Of a stretch of DNA of 64,000 nt, positions 13,531 through 24,299 are shown piece after piece. Positions within the stretch are counted from its first letter, which is position 1, and every line of letters starts with the position of its first letter. The position numbers and the translations under genes are program-made. The notes under the pieces are model-generated. The model searched no databases. It had not been told where the DNA came from and saw only the letters and a list, made by a program, of their open reading frames with translations. Origin of the DNA: Dicyema japonicum (Eukaryota; Animalia; Dicyemida); the NCBI GenBank assembly GCA_011109175.1, contig RDEW01000002.1, forward strand, positions 545,808-609,807, written 5' to 3'.

Positions 13531-14312
13531 TTTTGGTTTTGTATGGGACGATCTTATGGTGATTGTCTATTTCATCTCAACTCAAAGCTATGCAAGGTCA
13601 GAGACTATTAATGTTTTTCGAAATTCATATGTCTTTTACAGTTTAAGCCACAAAACCATGTCAGTTGTCTCAGACAAGAAGCCCGAAAGATTAGTGAATT
13701 AGATAAGAGTCCTTAGAAGGAAAAAAACTCCCATGTTAGATTCGGACGCTACTTTCAAATATGATATTATTGATGAAAAGAGTCACATAGGGATCAATTT
13801 TAAGCCCTCTATTATTCAACGTACTGATGACCGAGTTTCCGTCTACAAAATAACCGATTACAAGATCTCTGATGACGCAGACGACGTACTATTGTCTGAG
13901 TTGTCGATATTGAATATGACCTCAGAGAGGAGACTAAATATATATGAAAAGATAAAAGACTGGGCGGTCTCCAAGAATTATAGTTGTCAGAAAAAATCTA
14001 ATTCAATGAAGCTTTTGGGATGAAATGAAAAAGTTCGTCAACAAAGCTTCCTGTGTGGAATCAATACTGTAAAATCCAAATATCTCGAACCGCATTTGAA
14101 AAAACTGGGGAATTTATGCGACTTTAAGTTCCAAAGGAAAAAAAATACAATGTGATCTTATTTATGAGGAAATTAAAACTCGAAACGGAGATGCTTTCAT
14201 TACATACGTTCTCTATGGACTTGAAGAGTGGTACTTGACTGCTTACAAGAAGCGTGTTATCTCGCTTCTTGGAAAGTCAAGGAGAGTGGGGTTCAAGATT
14301 GTCTTATAAAAA

Positions 14313-16160
14313 TTGCTCGATAAGACTTGTCGATCAGAGTATCTTAGAAGAAATTCCAAACCTGTTTCTGTCATCTACGACAACCGAAGTGATCATGACC
14401 CTATTCTGCTAAAAATCAAAAGCGAAACTACCGATGGAAAAAAGAAACTTGCATATATATACAATCTTGCAAATTGGAAATTATTCCGATCAGTTACGGA
14501 CCAACATTTGGCTAATATACAGCTGGAAAACTTTACCTCCCTTGATATAGTGGTTGTCTACGTCAACAAAGTCATCCTGGAAGCAAGAACAATGGCTGTC
14601 CCTAAAAGATATGTCGTTTACAGGAGAGAGTACGGAAGGAAGGCTCTGATCAAAAAACGAAACCGTCTCAAAAATCAGGGATCCGTTCCTCCGAAGCAAG
14701 GATCCGTCTAAAAGTCCTGAACAGGAAATAAAAACCAATGAATGAATTCATGGTATCCCTAAGCCAAACAAAAATAAGACATTCTCATGGTCCAGACTGA
14801 ATTCCCATAATTTTCCTAAAAAACCTAGGTAATGAAGGAATCGGTACCCTGACCAAAATCTACAACTGGTCGATTAATTATAACTAAATCCCAACGATAT
14901 GGAAACTTGCAAACATTCGCCCAGTATTGAAGCCAGGAAACCCGAAAGAAGACCCAGCTTCCTTCAGGCCTATTTCTCTCTTATGCTCCATGTCAAAAAT
15001 TCTGGAAAAGCTTATCCTCGCAAAAATCATTGAAAGGACTCCCGATAAACAGTTCCAGCATGGTTTCAAAAAGGATCGGTCCACAACAAGCTTCCTCACA
15101 TCCCTGACTGACTTTATTCGCTCTGGATTTCTGTACAAGCCAAGACACCAGAAAACTGTGTTGTGCTCACTGGACGTCCACAATGCTTTCGACTTTGTGC
15201 CGAGAAAAATCTAACATGGAAAATCTACCAATCAGATATCCTTGAAAACCTCAAACGCTGGTTGACAAACTTTTTTAGCGGACGGAGAAATAGTGTGCAT
15301 TGAAAACATTAATTCTGTCTCCCGTTTAATCCCAAATGGAGTACCCCAGGGTTCTCCGTTATCACCATTCCTATTCAACCTATTTACAGCTGACATTCCG
15401 ACGCCGAATGGAGAAGACGATCTGCTTCTGGCTTATGCAGACGATATCGTCTTAGCCTCACGAGACAAGAACACTCAAACAGCGACGGAAAGAATGCAAT
15501 ACCACATTGATCGACTATTCGAGTGGTTTAATGAAAATCGGATTTCAATCAATACCGAAAAATCTGTTACAACTCTCTATACCTTGGACAAAAGATTGTC
15601 GAACAGGACAATAGAAGTTACTGCGGAGGGAAAAGCATTGCCGTTCAGCAAATAACAAAAAATATTGGGTCTGACTTTCGATACGCACATGAACTTTACG
15701 AGACACGTCACTAACGTGCTAAACAAATGTGAGAAGAAAATCAACCTTTTGAAATACCTAACAGGTCTATGGAAAATTGGACATCACCCTATACTTAAAA
15801 CTTTCTACTCACATTACATCGAACCATGCATTTCATATGTGTGTACTTCATGGGGATCACTGGCCTCTTATACGAACATCCAGAAAATCTCCGCAAACCA
15901 GAAAAGGGCCTTCAAAGTAACCGAGAGATTGTATACAAGGGAAAACATTAAATCACCGACGCCCATTGAGAAACTAATCGAAAAAAAACAAAAATGGACA
16001 CCAATGCAAAAATGGAAGTGCTCCCCCGCATTGAACTTGTGTAGACTTAAGGGATCAACACCAAGCAAAGATGAGAGCCTTGATCCAATTCGTCGGGATC
16101 ACTTAGTTTAGTTTTTTCTGTTTAACATTGGTCTTTGGAATTAATTTTAATTTAACCTGT
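14313..16160 (+). mobile_element. Jockey/I-like LINE, degenerate (APE C-terminus, RT, 3' end)
   Basis: SDHDPI, YNLANWKLF, KPGNPKEDPASFRPISLLCSMSKILEK, FQHGFK, LDVHNAFD, GVPQGSPLSPFLFN, YADD, GLTFDTHMNF; several frameshifts. Confidence 0.9.
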
Positions 16161-16215
16161 TTGGGGAAAACTCTCAAAAATACATCAAGTTAACCCTGAT
16201 GAGCGACTGTCTTTT

Positions 16216-17600
16216 TTGGCCCTCAGTTCTCTAAAAGAAAAGCTGGAAAAAGTAATTAGTTCTTTACCTCTACGTCACAGCCCTATAAATGCTGGAGAAG
16301 TCGAAAATGCGGTAAAATGCACTAAAGACAATGCTTCTGGAAAGGTCAAGATCGCTATTCGATTATTCAAAGAAGGACTCCAGGTACTCTATGAATATCT
16401 GGGATGTCTCTATACGTGCAGTATCAGGTTGGGTCATAAACCTACGCATTGGAAATTGACGAAGGTCAGAATGATACGTAAATCTGGGAAACCTGGGTAC
16501 TTAACAACCAGTTATAGGCCTTATACCAACGATCTCAAGAGTTATGGAAAGAAGACTTTCTGAAAATATAGAAGGTAATGATATACTAAAAGAGCATCAT
16601 GAAGGCATTGAAACTAAAGGGTGTTTGATCGCAATCTGCCTTGATGTATCCAAAGCTTTCGATACTGTGTGGCATCTTGGTCTTCTTATTTGTCTTGCGA
16701 AATGTAGTGTTGAAAAGGAACTTTATTTTTGGATACGAAGTTGGCTCTTGGATAGACGGACAATTGTTAATTTTTTAAACTATGAATCTCGTGAAATTTG
16801 GCTGAGAAGAGGTGTACCTTAGGTTTCAGTTCTCAGTCCTCTATTATTTAACATTGTAATAAGTGAACTGCCTTCTCCAGAAAAACTACGTACAGAAATC
16901 TTGATATACGCGGATGACGTCATAATTTATGATGTTTCTTTAAACCCTTTGGTATCTGAGAAACGATTGAAGACGTACATGGACCAGATCGAAGAGTGGT
17001 GTAATGAAAACTTCCTTTCGGTGGCACATGAGAAGTCTGGTATGCTGAGGATAACTAGAAGCAGGAGGATGAATAACCTAAAGAGCTTGTTACAAGACAT
17101 ACTTCGGAAGAAGACTATGAAATACCTTGGCCTCCTAATTGACAAGGGATGTAATTTTATGGAACATGCTCCGTTATCATCATTTCTCCAGTAACGAAAG
17201 AAAAAAGTTACGAACGCTCTTTACTGCGTTAAAAGATTAAAGCTCGAGTCGGAGACCTTTGTTTATGTCTTCAACACTGCAATACTACCTGCAATGTTAT
17301 ACGGTTTAGAAGGATGGTATGATTCGAAAAAGAGAGACTCTATCCTCAAGAAATTTGAGAAAACGCGAAATTTTGCTCTAAAGCTTGCTTACGGGATAAG
17401 TCCTCAATTCCCCAATGGTTGGAAGGAAAAATGTGCAAGGTTGGCGGAACTATCGAAAATCTAATTCGAAGTTTCAAAAATCGCACTAAAGTATCTGGCA
17501 CATATTTTCAGAGACGACCCTGTGTTTACGATTTTTTGGAAAGAATGTCGGGGTAGAAGTCGGTTGGCATGCCCTACCGTTTCATATTACTTCTCCCATC
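16216..17600 (+). mobile_element. Second degenerate LINE RT region (different family)
   Basis: KSGKP..TSYRP, LDVSKAFDTVWH, RGVP*VSVLSPLLFN, YADDV, KYLGLLID. Confidence 0.85.
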
Positions 17601-17864
17601 ACTTAATTTACAGTGCTTTTTCTTTTTAATAACTTACTTACTTGTCGATCAGAGAAGTAAAAATAGCAGACTTTTTGAAAGAGATTCTTGACTTACATCG
17701 CAGCGCGAAATGAATCATGAGGGATTTGAGGTCGCAGGAAGATAGTCCAAGCTATGGCAGAACTTTTGCTACAAGAAACCTTAAAATACGCTTTTTTACT
17801 TTCTTTTGGTAATAAAGTTCATTAACGTTAATGTATGATTTTTTGGAAGCAAACGATTCACAAT

Positions 17865-18209
17865 ATCCTTCATAGACGATCCGGTTCCGCAGTGAAATGT
17901 TCACTGATGACTGCGTCACTCATCAAGCCAAAGCATATTGATGCGTGGAACCTTAACCGAATGTACAGTATCGGGATTCGATCTGGCGACCTTCAGGCCT
18001 CTAGCCCGTCAACCGTCACACTGTACCCCAGTACATACACACAAGAAAAAGAAAAAACAAAGAAGTGAAGAGCACTCCTTGATTCTCCTCATTGATTAGC
18101 TATGATAACTGTTCTTTGCTTAAATAAAGTGTGTGTTCTGCTTAAGAGGAGCGATAGCTGATATGGCTCCTTGGAAAGTGCGATGGTGCACATTTCAGGG
18201 CAATATATT
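17865..18209. mobile_element. SINE-like insertion with tRNA-like head; head and body inverted relative to tail; 14-bp TSD
   Basis: aaacgattcacaat at 17851-17864 and 18210-18223. Minus-strand B-box-like aaggtcgccagatcgaatcccg lies inside a GTACAGT/ACTGTAC stem (17963-18026). Body and tail are homologous to 35188-35453. Confidence 0.7.
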
Positions 18210-19072
18210 AAACGATTCACAATGTCGGGCATACATGATGTGAACCTATTCCCTCTACAGCGGTGTCTGACAGAATGTATTCCTTTCCTCATCACTTAGA
18301 TCATTTTGAATCAAGATCTCTAAGGCAGACAGAAACTCCAAATTCTAATGGAGTCGTCATCCAATAATGAACCACTAGTGACGCTAGCTGTTTACCCATT
18401 ATTATTATTAAACTAGGATTTGACTAATCTGTACCTCCCGGGATTAAAGTATGAAAAAAATTTTTATAGAATTTAAATGGCCCTAGTAATGATTTAAATC
18501 TAGAACAAAACTTAATAGTGTCAAAAATATAACTAAATTAAGGTTTCCCAACATATTCTCTTCCTCTTTGACCTGGATCATCTTTAGCTACATCAGAATA
18601 GCATCTTCTACAGCTATTTTCTGTTCAGGCACTTTATTTGAATTCTCAAGTGGGGTACTCACCTCCCTCAACTATCCATCTTCAATTGTTCCGCTTGATA
18701 TGCAAAAAAACAATATAATTAATCACTTATAAATATTTACAAGAAAACTAAGCAACCGTCAGAAATGCAATTATTCGGAATCTATTTTGTGACAGTCAAA
18801 TATTCAAATTATACACCTGAATTTTGACTTAAAACATAAACCATTAAAATATTCGAATTGAAATTTTAATTTCAAGTATGCATTTAATTATCAACCCCTA
18901 CCTTGCTACCTTTAGGAGGACGGCCGTACTCAGCCGTCCAGCAGCTAGTGACAGACACTTCAACAACAAATATTGGTTTATGTTAAACATTTTAATAATT
19001 TAAATTAAATAATTTAAATTGTTAATAAATTAATAATCAATTTCATAAATAAATTAATAATCAATCAAAATT

Positions 19073-20582
19073 ATGTCGATAAAAGTATGTTTAATAACAT
19101 CGAATGTGGGATCTCTCTTCGAAAAAGTATAATTATTTAAACAACTTAGAGTCCCAAACTGAGAGACAATTGGCAGGATTCGTTCACCAAAGTATTACTA
19201 TGAAAACTAATAATAGCTTGTAACGCAAGAAAAACCGGACTTCCTCGGCCTTCATTTGCAGGAATTTGGTGGAAAGTCCAGAAATGCTAAATTTTCCAAA
19301 ATTAGCGGTTCATTCATACAGTAATAAAATTAATAATCAAAGTAAACTAATTATGATAATGAGTGAAAACTACAGTCGGGGATTTGTTTATGTTGACGGA
19401 AATTTGTCCTCAAAAGCCAACTACACGGTTTTCCTTTATTATCATTAAACTAGGCTTTGGCCAATCTGTACTTTGTGAGGAACAACATTAATGATCCTCA
19501 AATATACGACTTTGCTAGTAGGAAGTTCACGAATGTGACGTGTTATAATGTTAGATTTGCATATTATGTAGGTTTCCTCAAAAATTGACTCAGATTTTGT
19601 TAACAAACAGCACTTTCCATTGAATTTGCAAATAAATGTGCACATTTTGCTTATCACAGAATAATCCATCCAGGAAAGGATTCATTCACACAAACTGGAT
19701 TATTGGTGGTCAGACATTCAATTTTGTCAATGTCCACCTCTTCCACGACGAATCAAATGTTGTCTCCTTTCAGTCTGTACTTTTCTTTTCCTCATTTCAG
19801 TCCCCATCAGTATACGTTCTTCAGCGAAATAGAGCCCTCAATTATATCATTGATGAGTACTAGTTGGATCTAAAAATAGTATGGGAGACGCGTTTGTCCA
19901 AGAAAAACTTTTCATCTTTGGGGACTTTAATTTTAGAGTTGATCTATGCTCCTACCTCGGAGATAACTTTACATTCCCACAAAATAGTGACTCCCTCTGT
20001 TTTCATAATGTTTAAAACTTTGGGTTATCCATTTTAGAAATGTTCAAACTCACAGTGTACTATTGAAATAGCCGATAAAATGTTCAAATTACGAGACACA
20101 CTTGGGAACGACCTAAATATAATGGATGTTAACTGTGAAACTGTATTTTATGTCTTTATTTAGTTGAAAAAATACGACAATGAGATGATAGCCTTCAATG
20201 ATATTCTTTACGAGTTGCCTATTCATTTTCTACCAAGGTAGACCTGGTTATTGATCATAGTTATGCTTACTCCGATAAAGAAGAAGGTCAAGGATCAAAA
20301 TTAGAAGACAAAAGATGTCCTTCTTGGTGTGATCGTGTCTTTTATAATGGAAACGTTCGAAGATTTTTGGAGGATTGTGAAAGGGATCTTTCAAGGAACC
20401 AGATATATGGAGTGTATGGAATGGATATACCTGTTGGGGATCATAAACCGGTGTATTTGACGTTTGAATTTGAATCCACATGTGAGGATGTGAATTCTAA
20501 TCCTCTGAAAATACTCCTGAATGATATTAATATTGATTGTTCTAATAACCGATGGGAATCTTTCGATTTGAATATCGATTAG
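19073..20582 (+). CDS. INPP5A: Type I inositol-1,4,5-trisphosphate 5-phosphatase, 12 exons
   Basis: Spliced: MSIKVCLITSNVGSLF, LHLQEFGGK, SRKGFIHTNW, FVNVHLFHDESN, FIFGDFNFRVD, RCPSWCDRV, GDHKPVYL. Introns 19127-149, 19192-216, 19321-342, 19428-453, 19550-571, 19638-659, 19777-800, 19857-879, 20010-037, 20143-163 (or 20128-163), 20238-260. Confidence 0.92.
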
Positions 20583-20644
20583 TTAATCTGACTCATTGTA
20601 ATATAATCGCTTAATACAATTTTATTAATTAAAAAAATGAACAA

Positions 20645-20970
20645 ATGGTCATACAGCAGTTGCATGATTGCGTGACTATTCCCTCTCGGAAATGGCGATC
20701 GAGATTCGCTCAAATAACCAGCAGCGCTCACGGGGATCTCCTGATCGTGTAGAAATCTGATTCCAGCGTCACAGACGTTAGGGAACCAGACGCCTCAACG
20801 GCGAGTGGAATAAAAAAATCCTTATGTAGGACCACGTACTTTGCCCGTTTCGAGACCCCACTGAGAGAACATGGAAGGTTGGGCAAACTGATAGGTAGGG
20901 CTCCAGGTCTCACAAGCATGACGGTGTCCTGGTCAGTAGAGAATTCAAGGAGGAAGTTTAGAATCATCTT
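20645..20970 (-). mobile_element. CRE-like 3' fragment (RLE end)
   Basis: KRAKY....FFIPLAVEASGSL, then ERCWLFERIS; homologous to 43500-43590. Confidence 0.75.
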
Positions 20971-21440
20971 GATTAGGGTGTTACAGGCTATTAGCGACGA
21001 GAGATATGCAGGGAGATAAATGTCTACAGGGTTACGAATTCCAAGCCCTAATCGCTTGATTATTTATATTTGTGGTTATAAAACCACATCATCATTATAA
21101 GTGACAGACTAAGTTTAATGGTATTTACCTTAGACAAGTACTCCTATTTTTCCTTTCTCCTTTAACAATTTTCTTAAACGCTCAAAATTTCGGTTAAGTC
21201 TTGGAATTTAAACTCGAACTTTGATGTTTTTAGTTTTCCATTTGGTCCACGAGTGTTACAAGACATGAAGATAAAACATTAAGATAAAAAACTAAATGTG
21301 CCAATGGTTATAATTCTAATTTATGAATTCGGGTTATAAAAAATTGGAGCAAATGTTTCATTATTTTTGTTTTATAATAAACTTGATTGTTAGAGTCAAT
21401 ATTAATCTGTTAAACCAATAAGTAGTTTATCTGATCAAAG

Positions 21441-22373
21441 ACATCTGGACTACCTAGAGAACTAGCGCGCAACTACCTAGAGAACTAGAGAACCCCTTTC
21501 TCCTTTACTATTCACAATTTATTTGGAAGCCGCTTTGAGGGAACTTAAACCGTTATACCAAAAAAAGAAGGAAGAAGTGATCTAACGAACGATGTAGACC
21601 TAATTTCTAAAAACAAAGAGGTCCTGGAAAACCTATTAGAAAAAGCACCAGATGTACTAGGGAAATGGTTTCTTATTGTGAATAGAAAAAACAGAACTCA
21701 CAGAGATAAGAAGGATGAGTAACGTCCTAGAAGAGAAGTGGCTACAAGTTAAGAAACTCGGTTCACTTATGGGAGATAGCGAAGATATTTACGTAGGAAA
21801 ACTCTAGTCAATGCTGCGTTATATAAACTGAAGAATCTATGGCTCTATCTAAGAGGTATCGACACGAAAATGAGAATCCTATTATACGACTCATTCATAA
21901 AACTCGTACTTTTATATAACGCTGGAACTTGGGCGACCTCATCAGCGGATATGGAAAAACTAGACTCGTTCCACAGAGGTCAACTGAGAAAAATGGCCTA
22001 CGAGAATATCGAGAAACGCTTTATATAAGAGATGCAACACTAGACCTATCAGCTTAGAAGTACTGGAATCCCGATGGAAGCTCTTCGGACACGAGCTGAG
22101 GATGGAGTTAACATCCCCACCGAAAAAAACATACTATGTTAGTCAAGAAGGCCGCTACCGTGGAAGACCTAGAACGACACTGCCAATAGTTTTACAAAAA
22201 GACCTGGTCAATATCAAAAGAAATCTAATAAATGCCGACGACCTGGACAACATGAGAGCCTTGGCTATGAACAGGGGAGCATGAAAAAGATGACATCTAA
22301 CCTTGTTTCTTTTGCTGCACATGCGGGGCTATAATTAGTATGGCTCTCGTGAACTGCTTAAATAATAATAATA
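21441..22373 (+). mobile_element. RTE-like LINE, 5'-truncated, with (TAA)n tail and 12-bp TSD
   Basis: KKLGSLMGDSED, LYNAGTW, RWKLFGH, GRPRTTLP; TSD atctgatcaaag at 21429-21440 and 22374-22385. Confidence 0.85.
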
Positions 22374-22862
22374 ATCTGATCAAAGTCTCAGTTCATCCTA
22401 TTTACTACAGAGAGGAAATTTAAAAGTAGACTTTAGGTATTCTTTGAAAACATTCCTATTCCTTCTAAGCGAATTAGAAAATCCTTGGAGTAACTTTCAG
22501 TCACACGGAGAAAGTGTTAAATAAGGGGCTTCGAAAGTGGAAGGTTCTATCCTGGATTAAGAAAAATCAACCCCGAATTATAACGAAAATTTGTATGTAA
22601 TGTGGGTAGTCTTCAAGGGGAGTAAAACTATAGCTATTATGGTTTTATGTGTGTTGGATTATCAATAATAAGCATCTCTAGTGATTGATGATGTATTCTC
22701 TTACAATTTTTATGTAAATGCGCTTAATTAGCCATTCTTCTTCATGGTTGTCTCTTCCTTTTTTCATGGCGGAGGCTATGAGTCATCATTTACTAATTTA
22801 AAATTTGAATTTTTAAGATAATAAAGTTAACTAACTAAGTTCAAGTTGAAAACAAAAAAAGT

Positions 22863-22934
22863 TAGCGGAACGAGGTTTCGATCCTCGGACCTCTGGGTTA
22901 TGGGCCCAGCGCGCTCCCACTGCGCCATTCCGCT
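22863..22934 (-). tRNA. Initiator tRNA-Met (CAT)
   Basis: AGCGGAATGGCGCAGTGGGAGCGCGCTGGGCCCATAACCCAGAGGTCCGAGGATCGAAACCTCGTTCCGCTA: A1-U72 pair, GGGCCCATAACCC anticodon arm and GATCGAAA T-loop, all typical of eukaryotic tRNAi. Confidence 0.97.
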
Positions 22935-23099
22935 CAAAAGACTATTATCTTATTATCAAAAATAGCGAGTCATTTATTAAAAAATTCGGAAAACAATGGG
23001 AAAAGTGTTAAATGTGGTACACATAAGTGATTAGTGAATATTTCAGTATGGTCCGACTTAGGAGGAATTAGTCTGCCACTAATCTGGAGTTTATTATTA

Positions 23100-23231
23100 T
23101 TATTAAAAAACGCTCCCGAGAAAACATAAAATTAGTTAAGTTTCTCTTGTGCCGTATTCCAAATCATCCTCTCTGTCAGCTCCGACTATGATCTTCCGTT
23201 GCGCGCTAGTTCTCTAGGTAGTCCAGGTGTC
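23100..23231 (-). mobile_element. RTE-like extreme 3'-end remnant
   Basis: Homologous to the 3' end at 60720-60850; (TAA)n tail; gagaaac...gtttctc stem-loop. Confidence 0.7.
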
Positions 23232-24299
23232 CGCCATTTCCATTATAATGTCAGATACTGCCCACACTATTGTAACACAGCAAATCAGATCCCGATGGAA
23301 TGAAAATCCGAAACCAAAATATTGGCAGACCGGTGGGAGGGTAAAAAGATGGGATCTGCCAAAGAGTTGTTCATTGTACGGTCGTTTTTGTCTCTTGTAG
23401 ACAGCAGACAGAGATGTCATATTTTGTTAGATCGCATGCCAGTTGGTGTTTCTTGTAAGGTTGTTAAGTCTTCTGCAATTAAAAGATCCCAAAGTGAACA
23501 GAAAAGTCGGTAAGGAATACGAATAAATCGACGAATGATAAAGCAATTTTTTATTATTCGACTAAAATCCTCTTGTAAATTTCTATTCACTACATTTTTT
23601 ATAACGCGTTATCCATAGTGACAACTTATGTGCGTGACATAAAATCCAACCAATTAATTGATCTGGATTCCTTCACATGAACGATCTTATTTCCATATGA
23701 GTTTCAGGTTCTATGCAGAATAGAAAGGAGCCACTACGATCGTTTCTTGTTTTATAAATAGATCATCCAGCTAAAGTATTTTACTCTAAGATCCAATAAT
23801 TCGTCAAAACGTACTTAATCCTTGAATATCGTAAAAATTAATTTTAGAAATTTTAAATTGTAGAATTCAATTAGTTTTCATCCCACCACTCTAATGAGCT
23901 TTTGTTGATACCAACAGATTTTTTCAAACTGTTATTTACTAGCCAGGGGAGGTGTCTTGCAAAGTGACTTTCTCTAATTAGAACTTTCTCGAATCATCGT
24001 TGCGTGCGTGTTCCGCAGCGAGCACTGCTGAAGATTTGAAAATGGGAAGTACCACGATATCATCGACTTGTTCGTTTTCGAGCCGATCTCCGTTGAGACG
24101 TCTGGCGTTAATTGAGTTTGAATCAGGTTAATCTGACGGCTTGCGGAAAAACGGGAGGGTAAACCTAGAATGACGCGATAGCTTTTCCAGAACATTAGGC
24201 TCGCAACTATGAGAAGTAACTCTCTATTGCGTGCTCAATGGTTGCAGCCCATAATGGAGACCTGTTATTTACTTAGATAGTTAATCTTTATTTGGTAAC

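Noticed and set aside
16190-16250. CTGATGAG as a hammerhead core
   Set aside because: No stem II followed by GAAA, and no stems I/III could be formed.
21440-23231. 34-bp inverted repeat pair (21440-21473 and 23198-23231) as TIRs around tRNA-iMet
   Set aside because: Both encode the RTE C-terminal LDYLRELARN segment, so they are independent LINE 3' remnants.
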